Of a DNA stretch of 64,000 nt, positions 16,874-26,405 are shown piece after piece. Source of the DNA: Clostridia bacterium (GTDB taxonomy: Bacteria; Bacillota; Clostridia; Christensenellales; CAG-138); the NCBI GenBank assembly GCA_017619735.1, contig JAFZRT010000015.1:64357-128356 (forward strand). The letters run 5' to 3'. Below the pieces are notes generated by a model. That model had not been told where the DNA came from, did not search any database, and was given only the letters and a program-made list of their open reading frames with translations. Each line of letters opens with the position of its first letter. Position 1 is the stretch's first letter. Made by a program: the position numbers and the translations under genes.

Positions 16874-17869
16874 TCACCTTTCCCTCACGTCCTCTATAAG
16901 CCCGTCTTCGAAAACGAACGAAAACATTCGCGGCCGCATTATCATTCCGCCAGATCCCATTACTCCGACTACGGGGACGTCGGCGCTCAAAGGGCACAGC
17001 TTCGCCGCGGCGAACTCCCCAATGAACGACCTGAGCTCCTCGGAGCCGAGCTCCTTTGACAGGTCGGGAGTAAGAAAGCTCCTCCACTCCTCCCCCAGTC
17101 CCATGCCCGCCTCCTCGACGAGTGCTAACGCGCGCTCGCCGTCCGATCGCGGTTCACGCCTTTCGCGCGTAAAAAAGCCTATCTCCTCCCGCGGCCTGCC
17201 GAACGAGCCGTTCGCGTACTCGTACATGAGCCGCCTTTCGTGGCCGCGCACGGTACCCAAGGCCTTTATGCAGGTCGGCCGTCCGTCGATCACCGTGGCC
17301 TTGTCGCCTTCGATATCGAGGAGCGTCTCCGTATCCGGCCCCAGCATAATGAGGCGCTCGCCCTCCCGCTTCGCGACGTGCACGTAAACGAGCCGCGCGC
17401 TTCCGACGTCGAGAAGGCCGAGCGAGCCGCTCTCGCCCTCGCCAACTGCGAGCGTTACCGCCTCTCCCTGTCCCGATATGTTGAGCCGCAGCACTCCGTC
17501 ACGGTAGAGCTCCGCCTTGGCACGGGAGTTTCTCGAACCGAGGTCGAGCGTGTCCAGAAGCTTGGGGATCTCATATCCCCTTGACGGCAGATATGCGGGC
17601 TTCACCTCAACCTGAGCCACGCCGCCCCAGTCGACGACGGGGAGCGTGGCGGAAACGGGAGCCCCGTCTTTGAAAACGATACTGTGCAGCGTCGGGACGG
17701 GGATGCTCCCCTCCCGCTCACCGATCCCCCATACCGTGAAAAACGCGCCGCCATCCTTCGGGGCGGGGATGACGCGCGTCTCTCCCCTGCTAACGGGGAA
17801 CCAGCTGCTGCCGTCCGATATCGCCGCATCCTCAGCGGCTGTGATCAGCAATGCGTGCAGTGCTTCCAT
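16874..17869 (-). CDS. Hypothetical cytoplasmic protein (331 aa), no motif recognised
   Basis: Long ORF with GC3-rich codon usage like its neighbours and an AAGGAGA RBS before the ATG at 17869. No signal peptide, TM helix or catalytic signature was recognised by eye. Confidence 0.55.
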   Translation of the reverse strand: MEALHALLITAAEDAAISDGSSWFPVSRGETRVIPAPKDGGAFFTVWGIGEREGSIPVPTLHSIVFKDGAPVSATLPVVDWGGVAQVEVKPAYLPSRGYEIPKLLDTLDLGSRNSRAKAELYRDGVLRLNISGQGEAVTLAVGEGESGSLGLLDVGSARLVYVHVAKREGERLIMLGPDTETLLDIEGDKATVIDGRPTCIKALGTVRGHERRLMYEYANGSFGRPREEIGFFTRERREPRSDGERALALVEEAGMGLGEEWRSFLTPDLSKELGSEELRSFIGEFAAAKLCPLSADVPVVGVMGSGGMIMRPRMFSFVFEDGLIEDVRER

Positions 17870-18027
17870 GGCTAAGTCTCCTTGTTCATCTTATCGATTA
17901 ACTCTACTTTTGCTTTTCCGCCGATATTCGGGGAAGTATCGGCCCGATCATTGCGGTCAAATTGTTACCATTTTGTGACATATTGCAAAAACGTCCCTTT
18001 TTGGGGCGTTGATTTTGCATGCGGCAC

Positions 18028-18056
18028 TTGAAAAAAATAAGAGGGTGTGATAGAGT
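18028..18056 (+). promoter_or_regulatory. Promoter candidate (extended -10) for the rpiR-family gene
   Basis: TTGAAA (18028-18033), 17 nt, TAGAGT (18051-18056), preceded by TGa. Confidence 0.4.
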
Positions 18057-18113
18057 TTAGTCACAAAACAGCGTGATTTATTTACATGCAGGCATGAATG
18101 GGGGGATTTTTCA

Positions 18114-18950
18114 ATGCCGGCGAGAATGAAGCTGAGTTCAGTTTACTCTACTCTGCCTCCCGCGGAAAAAAAGGTTGCCGATTACATCCTTTCTCATCCA
18201 GACGAGGCGACTCACATGGTCATCAACGAAATAGCGCAGGAGGCGGGCGTAAGCGTTCCCTCCGTGACAAGGCTCGCAAGGAAACTGGGTTACAGCGGGT
18301 TCATGGATTTCCGTGTATCCCTGGCGAGCGGTTCGTCCGCGGTCAAGCGGGAGATCAGCCTGCCCATAAGCAGCGCCGATTCGATCGAGGTCATAATCCA
18401 GAAGCTCATGGGCGGTCATATCTCCGCCATAGAATCCACGCTCAAGGTATTGGATACAGAAAAGCTGAGCCATCTCTGCGACAGGATATTCGCCTGCAAG
18501 CGCGTGGTATGGTTCTCGGTGGGGAGCTGCGTACAGCTCGCCATCAACGTTTCGGACGGTCTTTGCCACATGGGCGTCGACTCCGTCGTCATCGGCAACA
18601 GGAGCCTTGCCATAATGCAGGACTACGCCGAACGCATGGGCAAGGACGACCTCGTGTTCTGCCTGACGAGATCCGGAAAGACGCACCAGACTCTGAGCTG
18701 TCTCAAGACCGCGAAGGCCAACGGCGCGGAGACCGTGCTCATTACGAACCTCGTCAATTCCCCGGGGGAGCAGTATGCCGATCATTTCATCTGCACCTCC
18801 CGTCACGACGATCTGTACCGAATATCCGGCTATGACACGGGTACTGCGATGTGCGCTCTGCTCGAGACGTTCATGGTAATTGCCGGTATGAAGAAGAAGG
18901 CCGACGCCGGGATGGACCCGTTCACGGCGTATTTCAAGAAAGATGTCTGA
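18114..18950 (+). CDS. MurR/RpiR-family transcriptional regulator (HTH_6 + SIS domain)
   Basis: N-terminus LPPAEKKVADYILSHPDEATHMVINEIAQEAGVSVPSVTRLARKLGYSGFMDFR is a typical RpiR HTH. The C-terminal half is SIS-like. Confidence 0.85.
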   Translation: MPARMKLSSVYSTLPPAEKKVADYILSHPDEATHMVINEIAQEAGVSVPSVTRLARKLGYSGFMDFRVSLASGSSAVKREISLPISSADSIEVIIQKLMGGHISAIESTLKVLDTEKLSHLCDRIFACKRVVWFSVGSCVQLAINVSDGLCHMGVDSVVIGNRSLAIMQDYAERMGKDDLVFCLTRSGKTHQTLSCLKTAKANGAETVLITNLVNSPGEQYADHFICTSRHDDLYRISGYDTGTAMCALLETFMVIAGMKKKADAGMDPFTAYFKKDV

Positions 18951-19659
18951 TCACAGGATATTTGCGGATTATCACACCCACACCTATTACAGCCACGGTC
19001 ACGGCTCCCCGCGTGAAAACGTGCTCGCCGCCATTGACCGCGGTCTTGAAGCGGTCGCGGTATCCGAACACGGGCCTGGGCATTTCACATTCGGCGTCCG
19101 CGGGAAGAAGCTCGATCGCCTCAACGGCGAGCTTACCGAGCTGCGCAAGGAGTTCTCCGGAAGGATCGACGTGCTGCGCGGGCTCGAGCTCAACGTGACG
19201 GGCTTCGGCAAAAGTGACTGTCCCGAGAACAGGGACGATTACGACGTGATAATAATCGGCTATCACAAATCCGTTCCGCCGTTCAACCGCCACGCCCTCG
19301 GCATATGGGGCGAGAGTCTTTTGGGGATAAAAAACGACCCGCACAGGAACGCGGAAGGGATATTGGCCGCGGCTTACGCCTGCCGCGCGAACATAATATC
19401 CCATCCGAATCTGTACCTGAAGGTCGATATCCCCTACATGGCCGAGTGCTGCCGCGAGCTGGGGATACTGCTCGAGGTGAACTCCGCGCGGGTGACGCTC
19501 TCGAAGGAGGAGCTTATCGCGATACGCGGCTCCGGCTGCGGGCTGGTGATAGGCAGCGACGCTCACACGCCCTCCAGGGTCGGAGATTTCGCGCTTGCCT
19601 CCGCCGCCGTAGAGGAGGCGGGAGTATGGAGCGCCGTAAGGAACGCGAGACCTGTTTGA
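18943..19659 (+). CDS. PHP-domain phosphoesterase (histidinol-phosphatase family)
   Basis: N-terminal metal-binding motif DYHTHTYYSHG, and later GSDAHTP. Its start overlaps the RpiR stop by 8 nt. Confidence 0.75.
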   Translation: MSDHRIFADYHTHTYYSHGHGSPRENVLAAIDRGLEAVAVSEHGPGHFTFGVRGKKLDRLNGELTELRKEFSGRIDVLRGLELNVTGFGKSDCPENRDDYDVIIIGYHKSVPPFNRHALGIWGESLLGIKNDPHRNAEGILAAAYACRANIISHPNLYLKVDIPYMAECCRELGILLEVNSARVTLSKEELIAIRGSGCGLVIGSDAHTPSRVGDFALASAAVEEAGVWSAVRNARPV

Positions 19660-19675
19660 CGCGCGAGGATACGCG

Positions 19676-19704
19676 GGGCGGGAGAGGCTTTCTCCCGCCC
19701 TTTT
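19676..19704 (+). terminator. Intrinsic terminator after the PHP gene
   Basis: GGGCGGGAGA (19676-19685) pairs with TCTCCCGCCC (19691-19700) and is followed by TTTT. Confidence 0.7.
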
Positions 19705-19739
19705 ACAATGTTATATTCGGTTTTTTTCGTTTTTTTGTG

Positions 19740-19768
19740 TTGATAATGCCGTTCGGTTGTGTTAGAAT
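19740..19768 (+). promoter_or_regulatory. Sigma-A-type promoter candidate for asnS
   Basis: TTGATA (19740-19745), 17 nt, TAGAAT (19763-19768). Confidence 0.45.
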
Positions 19769-19801
19769 AGCAAACAGCAATCTTTTTTTGCGAGGCATAT
19801 T

Positions 19802-21184
19802 ATGGTCAGACTTTACGAATTACACAAAGCTCCCGAAAAGTACGCGGGAGATATCGAGGTCTCCGGTTGGGTCAAGACCTCCCGTGAGAGCAAATCCGTC
19901 GGCTTTGTTGAGCTGTCGGACGGTTCCGCTTTCCGCAGCGTTCAGATCGTTTACGAAAACGGCGTCATCCCCTCCGAAACGGTGAAGCGCCTTTCCACCG
20001 GCGCCGCCATCACAATCAGGGGCGAGCTCGTGCTCACTCCCGAAGCCAAGCAGGCGTTCGAGATCAGGGCGAACAGCATCGAGATAGACGGCGACTGCCC
20101 CTCCGATTACCCCCTGCAGAAGAAGCGTCACACGCTCGAATACCTCCGCACGATACAGCATCTTAGGCCCAGGGCAAACACCTTCCAGGCCGTGTTCCGC
20201 GTGCGCCACGTAATAGCAATGGCTATACACAGGTTCTTTGACGAGCGCGGCTTCCTCTACGTCCATACCCCGATATTCACCGGTTCCGACTGCGAGGGCG
20301 CGGGCGAGATGTTCCGCGTGACCAGCCTCGACATGAACGATCTGCCCAAGGATAAGGACGGCAAGGTCGATTACAGTCAGGATTTCTTCGGCATTCCCGC
20401 CAATCTGACCGTTTCCGGTCAGCTCCACGGCGAGGCGTTCGCCATGGCCTTCCGCGATATCTACACCTTCGGCCCGACCTTCCGCGCCGAGAAGTCCAAC
20501 ACCGCCCGCCATGCCGCCGAGTTCTGGCAGATGGAGCCGGAGATGGCCTTCTGCGACCTGAACGGTTACATGGATATCGCCGAGGAGATGATCAAGTTCA
20601 TCATTAAGACCGTCCTCGAGCGCTGCCCGGACGAGATGGCGTTCTTCAACAACTTCATGGATAAGGGCCTTCTCGACAGGCTCAACCACGTAGTAAACTC
20701 CGATTTCGTACGCCTTCCCTATACGAAGGCCGTCGAGATACTTCAGAACAGCGGGCGCGAGTTCCAGTACCCCGTGTACTGGGGCTGCGATCTGCAGACC
20801 GAGCACGAGCGCTACCTCTGCGAAGAGGTCTATAACTCCCCCGTGTTCGTCACCGATTATCCCGCCGAGATCAAGAGCTTCTACATGCGCCTCAACGACG
20901 ACGGGAAGACCGTCGCCGCGGCCGACCTGCTCGTGCCCGGCGTTGGCGAGATCATCGGCGGCAGCCAGCGTGAGGAGCGCTACGACGTGCTGCGCAAGAA
21001 GATCGAAGACCTGCATATGGACATGCGCTATTACGAATGGTACCTTGACCTGCGCAAGTACGGCGGCGTCAAGCACGCGGGCTTCGGAATGGGCTTCGAG
21101 CGAATCCTCATGTACATTACCGGCATGCAGAACATCAGGGACGTTCTCCCCTTCCCCCGCACTACCGGGAGCATGGAACTGTAA
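19802..21184 (+). CDS. asnS: Asparagine--tRNA ligase
   Basis: 460 aa. Class II motifs are present ([41 protein letters not shown]). Confidence 0.95.
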   Translation: MVRLYELHKAPEKYAGDIEVSGWVKTSRESKSVGFVELSDGSAFRSVQIVYENGVIPSETVKRLSTGAAITIRGELVLTPEAKQAFEIRANSIEIDGDCPSDYPLQKKRHTLEYLRTIQHLRPRANTFQAVFRVRHVIAMAIHRFFDERGFLYVHTPIFTGSDCEGAGEMFRVTSLDMNDLPKDKDGKVDYSQDFFGIPANLTVSGQLHGEAFAMAFRDIYTFGPTFRAEKSNTARHAAEFWQMEPEMAFCDLNGYMDIAEEMIKFIIKTVLERCPDEMAFFNNFMDKGLLDRLNHVVNSDFVRLPYTKAVEILQNSGREFQYPVYWGCDLQTEHERYLCEEVYNSPVFVTDYPAEIKSFYMRLNDDGKTVAAADLLVPGVGEIIGGSQREERYDVLRKKIEDLHMDMRYYEWYLDLRKYGGVKHAGFGMGFERILMYITGMQNIRDVLPFPRTTGSMEL

Positions 21185-21193
21185 TTACCGCAT

Positions 21194-21217
21194 AAGAGCC
21201 CTTCGGGGCTCTTTTTT
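21194..21217 (+). terminator. Intrinsic terminator after asnS
   Basis: AAGAGCCC, loop ttcg, GGGCTCTT, followed by a T-run. Confidence 0.75.
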
Positions 21218-21280
21218 CTATTGTAATAGCACCGAATTGTAGTATAATATTACCAAGAAAACAAATAACGGAGGCGCAAT

Positions 21281-23017
21281 ATGGACTGGAAAAACGAATA
21301 TGGCCGCTGGCTCGGCAAGGCGGAGAGCGACCCCTTCCTCATGGATGATATGAAGAAGCTCTACAGCGACAAGCTGCGCGAGGAGGCCTTCTATACCGAG
21401 CTGGAGTTCGGCACCGCGGGCCTTCGCGGGATAATCGGCGCAGGCACCAACAGGATGAACCGCTACGTCGTCCGCCGCGCATCGAGGGGCGTCGCCGAAA
21501 TGATACTGGAGACCGAGGGCGAGGAAGGCGCAAAGCGCGGCGTCGCCATAGCGTACGACTCCCGCAACCGCTCCGACGTTTTCGCAATGGAGACTGCGCT
21601 CACGCTCTGCGCGTGCGGCATCAAATGCTACCTCTATTCGACCCTCCATTCCGTGCCGCAGCTCTCGTTCACCGTAAGGCATCTGGGCTGCATCGCGGGC
21701 GTCGTGATAACCGCCAGCCATAACCCGCCCGAATACAACGGCTACAAGGTCTATTGGGAGGACGGCGGCCAGTGCGCTCCCGACAGGGCAGGCAAGATAC
21801 TTGAGTGCATACGCAGATTCGACTATTTCGGCGTGGAGACCATGCCGACGGAGCTCGCGCTTTCCTCCGGCCTGCTCACGATCATCGGCAGGGAGGTCGA
21901 CGAGGAGTACTACAAGTGCACGATGAGTCTGCTCATGCACCCCGATAACCTGCGTGAGAACGGACATAAGCTCAACGCCGTCTACACCCCGCTCCACGGC
22001 AGCGGCCTCGTTCCCGTTACCGAGATACTGAAGAGGGTCGGCGTTACAAATCTGCACGTCGTTCCCGAGCAGGAGAAGCCGGACGGCGATTTCCCGACGG
22101 TGAAAGCCCCCAACCCCGAGGATAAGAACGCTTTCACACTTGCGCGCAAGCTCGCCGACGAGGTCGGCGCAGACCTCATGTTCGCCACGGATCCCGACTC
22201 CGACCGACTCGGCGTCGCTGTGCGGCTCCCGAACGGCGATTTCAAGCTGCTCACCGGCAATCAGACCGGCGCGCTGCTCACTTACTACATACTCTCCTCC
22301 CTCAAGGAGATGGGGCGGCTGCCCGAAAACGGCCTCGTTGTAAAGTCCTTCGTTTCCACCACTCTCGCCGACGCCATCTGCAAAAAATACGGCGTGACGA
22401 TCAAGGACGTACTGACCGGCTTCCGCTTCATTTCCGAGTGGATAGAGCATTCCGCCGTTACGGGCGAATACACATTCCTCTTCGGGTTTGAGGAGAGCTA
22501 CGGCGCTCTGGCCGGCGGATTCGCCCGCGACAAGGACGCCGTCTGCGCATCCATGCTCGTATGCGACGCCGCGGCGTATTATATGAACATGGGTAAATCG
22601 CTCTACGACGTCATCTGCGGCATCTACGACGAGTTCGGCTACTATATGGAGAAGGTCAAGAGCTACACGCTGTCCGGCAAGGAGGGCATGGAGAAGATCG
22701 CGGTCGCCATGGCAAAGCTCGCAGCCGAGCCGCCCAGGGCCTTCGCCGGAGCGCGGGTGCTCGTTTACGAGGATCACAACACGCAGTCGAAGACGGACAT
22801 GGAAACCGGCGAGACCGTCCCCACCGGCCTGCCCAGATCCAATGCGCTTCGGTTCCTGCTTCCCGGCGGCGCATGGATCGTCATACGCCCCAGCGGCACA
22901 GAGCCCAAGCTCAAGCTCTACATCGGCGCCGTCGGCTCCTCCGAGGCGGAATGCACGGAGCGTCTTGAGCTCATGATGGCCGAAACGGACGGGCTCCTTA
23001 CCGCTCTTCTGCAGTAA
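21281..23017 (+). CDS. Phosphoglucomutase/phosphomannomutase family protein (PgcA-like)
   Basis: 578 aa. Active-site loop TASHNPPEYNGYKVY and metal loop FATDPDSDR are present. Confidence 0.9.
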   Translation: MDWKNEYGRWLGKAESDPFLMDDMKKLYSDKLREEAFYTELEFGTAGLRGIIGAGTNRMNRYVVRRASRGVAEMILETEGEEGAKRGVAIAYDSRNRSDVFAMETALTLCACGIKCYLYSTLHSVPQLSFTVRHLGCIAGVVITASHNPPEYNGYKVYWEDGGQCAPDRAGKILECIRRFDYFGVETMPTELALSSGLLTIIGREVDEEYYKCTMSLLMHPDNLRENGHKLNAVYTPLHGSGLVPVTEILKRVGVTNLHVVPEQEKPDGDFPTVKAPNPEDKNAFTLARKLADEVGADLMFATDPDSDRLGVAVRLPNGDFKLLTGNQTGALLTYYILSSLKEMGRLPENGLVVKSFVSTTLADAICKKYGVTIKDVLTGFRFISEWIEHSAVTGEYTFLFGFEESYGALAGGFARDKDAVCASMLVCDAAAYYMNMGKSLYDVICGIYDEFGYYMEKVKSYTLSGKEGMEKIAVAMAKLAAEPPRAFAGARVLVYEDHNTQSKTDMETGETVPTGLPRSNALRFLLPGGAWIVIRPSGTEPKLKLYIGAVGSSEAECTERLELMMAETDGLLTALLQ

Positions 23018-23148
23018 TATCGGCATACGGAGCGTTATTTTTCCGAAAATCGGGAACCCCGGGCGGGTCTCATGCGTTATATTGATGAGAGCCGTTTGAG
23101 AGCGGTCGTACTATTCATTTCGGCGATACAGCCGGGAAAGGCCATTAC

Positions 23149-24123
23149 ATGAAAAATAGAACTGTAGTTTTGCTTATTGCCCTGATACTATGCGCGTCGC
23201 TTACGGCGCTCGGCTGCAGCAAGTCCTACGAGCCGCATTCGTCCTATTCCGACGCTCCAATACATGGTGAAAACGCAAAGGTCGATTTCGAATCCTCCTT
23301 CAATTCCGACGTCCACTCCACTTACGCTCCGTCCTCTGCAAGCGACGACGGCAAGGACGTGCTGGAAGGCCGCAAGGTGATAAGGAACGCGGACCTCAAC
23401 GTTCAGACAAAGGAATTCGACGCGTTCATCGCCGCCGTGACCGACAGGGCCATTTCATACGGCGGATACGTGCAGTCCTCCAACGTCAACAGCCGCGGCA
23501 TGTATTACGGCGGCATGCGCTACGCGAATATGGTGCTCCGCATCCCCTCGGATAAGCTGGACTCCTTCCTCCGCGAGGTCGACGGTCTCGGCAACGTGAT
23601 AAGCCGTACCGAGAACGCGGACGACGTGACCGAGCAGTATGTTGATATCGAAGCCCGCCTCAGCGCCGTCAGGACCGAGTATCAGACGCTCCTCGACCTT
23701 CTGTCCAAGGCCGAAAGCCTTGAGGACATCATCACGCTGCAGGATCGTCTCTCGACCGTTCGCTACCAGATCGAATCCTACGAGGGCAAGCTCCGCAATT
23801 ACGACAGCCTCGTCTCCTTCGGCACCGTCACCATCGACGTCAGCGAGGTCGAGCGTGAGACGAGCGTTGACAAGGAGTCCTTCGGTCAGGAGGTATCCCG
23901 CAAGTTCAAGGAAAGCCTTGAGGACGTGGGCAGCGGCTTCCGTACGTTCGCCGTCTGGTTCATCGGCAATCTGCCCGCGATACTCATCTGGGCGGTGATA
24001 TTCGCGGTGATCATCATCGTGATCGTCCGTATCACCAAGAGGAGCCGCAGAAAGGCCGAAGAGCGCAAGGCCAAGAAGGGCGTGAAGACCGTCTCCGCGC
24101 AGATCGACACCGAAAACAATTAA
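23149..24123 (+). CDS. DUF4349-like lipoprotein with C-terminal TM helix
   Basis: Lipobox (LTALGC). The central region (RNADLNVQTKEFDAFIAAV...VLRIPSDKLDSFL...VTEQYVDIEARL) resembles DUF4349. The C-terminus has a TM helix and a basic tail. Confidence 0.6.
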   Translation: MKNRTVVLLIALILCASLTALGCSKSYEPHSSYSDAPIHGENAKVDFESSFNSDVHSTYAPSSASDDGKDVLEGRKVIRNADLNVQTKEFDAFIAAVTDRAISYGGYVQSSNVNSRGMYYGGMRYANMVLRIPSDKLDSFLREVDGLGNVISRTENADDVTEQYVDIEARLSAVRTEYQTLLDLLSKAESLEDIITLQDRLSTVRYQIESYEGKLRNYDSLVSFGTVTIDVSEVERETSVDKESFGQEVSRKFKESLEDVGSGFRTFAVWFIGNLPAILIWAVIFAVIIIVIVRITKRSRRKAEERKAKKGVKTVSAQIDTENN

Positions 24124-24136
24124 AAGCATAAAAAGC

Positions 24137-24162
24137 AAGCCCGACTTCCGTCGGGCTTTTTT
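24137..24162 (+). terminator. Intrinsic terminator after the DUF4349 gene
   Basis: AAGCCCGA, loop cttccg, TCGGGCTT, followed by TTTT. Confidence 0.75.
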
Positions 24163-24169
24163 CATACAG

Positions 24170-24195
24170 CAAAAGCCCCCTGGAAGCGGGGGCTT
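24170..24195 (-). terminator. Intrinsic terminator after the GntR gene
   Basis: AGCCCCC pairs with GGGGGCT. A T-run follows on the minus strand. Confidence 0.6.
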
Positions 24196-24210
24196 GCGGT
24201 TAACTTCGGG

Positions 24211-24888
24211 TCAGACTGCGAGCAGCGGGGAGTTGAGCGACAGGACCTTGGTTTTTTCAAGATGGGTCCTCAGTATCGCGCAGGCATACTCGACGTCCTT
24301 ATTGCGGCAGGCCTCGATGAGGTTGCGGTGCTCGCCCACGGTCTGTGCATACGCCTCGGACGGGGTGTAATAGGGACGGACGTACCTGTCCACGTTGGCG
24401 TGGAGCTGCTCGATGAGCTGGAGGATGTAGGGATTCTGCGCCGCCTCATACAGAGCGAAATGGAGCTGCAGGTTGAGATCCTCGAGCTTGTTGGGATCGT
24501 CCTCCTCGGCGGACTGAGCAAGTATGGCCTCCGCCTTGGCGATGCACTCGTCGGTCATGCGGGGAACGGCCGCGCGGATGGCGCCGAGCTCGAGTATTAT
24601 GCGGGTATCCATGGCGTTCTCAAGCTCCTCCTTGGTGAGCTTGGTGACGACGGCGCCGCGGTTCGGATAGATCCTTACGAGGCCCTGCGCGTCGAGCTGA
24701 CGGAACGCCTCCCTTACGGGGATGTGGCTGACGGAAAGCTGAGCCGAGATCTCATCCTGACGGAGGGGCATTCCTCCGGGCAGGACGCCGCGGATTATGG
24801 CAGTGCGAATGACCTGGAATACCCAGTCGCGTGCCGCCATTGATTTCTGGTGCATTTCTTCTGCGATGTCTTTAAGCTGTGTACTCAT
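24211..24888 (-). CDS. GntR-family transcriptional regulator (FadR/FCD subfamily)
   Basis: I moved the start to MSTQLKDIAEE (ATG 24888). Winged HTH (LPGGMPLRQDEISAQLSVSHIPVREAFRQLDAQGLV) and a helical FCD-like C-domain are present. Confidence 0.85.
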   Translation of the reverse strand: MSTQLKDIAEEMHQKSMAARDWVFQVIRTAIIRGVLPGGMPLRQDEISAQLSVSHIPVREAFRQLDAQGLVRIYPNRGAVVTKLTKEELENAMDTRIILELGAIRAAVPRMTDECIAKAEAILAQSAEEDDPNKLEDLNLQLHFALYEAAQNPYILQLIEQLHANVDRYVRPYYTPSEAYAQTVGEHRNLIEACRNKDVEYACAILRTHLEKTKVLSLNSPLLAV

Positions 24889-25042
24889 GATAAATCTCAC
24901 TTCCGTAAATATTTCGGGCTCGCTTCTCCAGCCCATATTCGAATATATTATAGCCCAAACGGCGATGCTTGTCAACACGGCGTTTGAAGTTTTTTATCAA
25001 TTATTTCATTTTGCAGTGTTTTTCTTGTAATATCATGCCGTA

Positions 25043-25071
25043 TTGAAATCATGCGAAAAATGCTGTATAAT
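25043..25071 (+). promoter_or_regulatory. Sigma-A-type promoter candidate for the UPF0597-folD pair
   Basis: TTGAAA (25043-25048), 17 nt, TATAAT (25066-25071). Confidence 0.5.
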
Positions 25072-25098
25072 ATAAAAAGCAATTTTCGGAGGTGGAGC

Positions 25099-26394
25099 AT
25101 GCTTTCGACCGACTCCAGATACAGGGCTTACATCGACATTTTGAAGGAAGAGCTCGTCCCCGCCATGGGATGCACCGAGCCGATAGCGATCGCTTTCGCC
25201 GCCGCTAAGGCGAGATCCGTGCTCGGCTCCATGCCCGACAGGGTCGAGATCAGCGTCAGCGGCAACATCATCAAGAACGTCAAATCGGTCATAGTCCCCA
25301 ACACCGGCGGGCTGAAGGGCATTGAAGCCGCGGCGGCGGCCGGCATAGTCGTCGGCGACGCGGACGCGGTGCTCGAGGTATTGGCCTCCGTTTCCGATAA
25401 GGACAAGCCGAAGATCAGGGAGTTCATGGCAAGCGTGCCCATGATAGTCCGTCCCTCCAACGCCGAGGTCATATTCGATATCGACATCACTCTCCATTCC
25501 GGCTCCGAGTTCAGCAGGCTCCGCATAAAGGATTACCATACGAACGTAGTGCTGATCGAAAAGAACGGCGAAACGCTCTTCGCGGCGCCGGAGATAGAGA
25601 TATCCAGCCAGGGCCTTACCGACCGCGGCATACTGACGATAAAGGACATCGTCGATTTCGCCGACACGGTCGAGCTCGACGACGTGCGCGAGGTATTGAC
25701 CCGCCAGATCGAGTACAATACCGCGATAGCAAACGAGGGTATTAGGGGCAACTGGGGCGCGAGGGTCGGGCGCGTGCTGCTCGACGTATACGGCTACGAC
25801 GTTAAGATCAGGGCGAAGGCGATGGCCGCGGCGGGCTCCGACGCGCGAATGAGCGGCTGCGAGATGCCCGTTATAATAGTCTCCGGCTCCGGCAATCAGG
25901 GCATGGCGGCTTCGCTGCCCGTTATAGTCTACGCGAGGGAATACGAGGTCGGCGAGGACAAGCTCCTCCGCTCGCTCTGCGTTTCGAACCTCGTCACCAT
26001 CCATCAGAAGACGTGGATTGGCCGCCTTTCCGCCTTCTGCGGCGCGGTCAACGCAGGCTGCGGCGCCGGCGCGGGTATCGCGTACCTCCTGGGCGGCGGA
26101 TACGAGGTCGTGGCGCACACACTCGTCAACGCGCTTGCGATCGTAAGCGGCATCGTCTGCGACGGCGCAAAGCCCAGCTGCGCGGCAAAGATCGCGACGG
26201 CAGTCGACGCGGGTCTTCTGGGATATCAGATGTACGTGCGCGGCATGGAGTTCCAGGGCGGCGACGGCATAATATCCAAGGGCGTTGAAAACACCATTGC
26301 GAACGTCGGCCGTCTTGGCAAGGACGGCATGCGCGAGACCGACCGCGAGATACTGCGGATAATGCTGCAGAACAACACCTACCCCGAACAGTGA
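25099..26394 (+). CDS. UPF0597/YhaM-family protein (serine dehydratase alpha-like; L-cysteine desulfidase family)
   Basis: I moved the start to MLSTDSRYRAYIDILKEELVPAMGCTEPIAIAFAAA (ATG 25099, GGAGGTGGAG RBS). The MGCTEPIA motif is characteristic of this family. Confidence 0.8.
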   Translation: MLSTDSRYRAYIDILKEELVPAMGCTEPIAIAFAAAKARSVLGSMPDRVEISVSGNIIKNVKSVIVPNTGGLKGIEAAAAAGIVVGDADAVLEVLASVSDKDKPKIREFMASVPMIVRPSNAEVIFDIDITLHSGSEFSRLRIKDYHTNVVLIEKNGETLFAAPEIEISSQGLTDRGILTIKDIVDFADTVELDDVREVLTRQIEYNTAIANEGIRGNWGARVGRVLLDVYGYDVKIRAKAMAAAGSDARMSGCEMPVIIVSGSGNQGMAASLPVIVYAREYEVGEDKLLRSLCVSNLVTIHQKTWIGRLSAFCGAVNAGCGAGAGIAYLLGGGYEVVAHTLVNALAIVSGIVCDGAKPSCAAKIATAVDAGLLGYQMYVRGMEFQGGDGIISKGVENTIANVGRLGKDGMRETDREILRIMLQNNTYPEQ

Positions 26395-26405
26395 GCGAGG
26401 AAAAT

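Noticed and set aside
19660-19801. Possible T-box or other riboswitch leader upstream of asnS (and likewise upstream of hisS).
   Set aside because: The asnS spacer is only 142 nt. It is fully explained by a terminator (19676-19704) plus a promoter (19740-19768), and no specifier-loop or T-box sequence is present. hisS starts 27 nt after dnaX and has no leader at all.
21218-23026. 602-aa ORF on the minus strand covering the whole phosphoglucomutase gene.
   Set aside because: It is antisense to a gene with unambiguous PGM motifs (TASHNPPEYNGYK). Its product is Arg/Ala/Gly-rich low-complexity sequence, typical of stop-codon-poor antisense frames in GC-rich DNA. No RBS or motif was seen.
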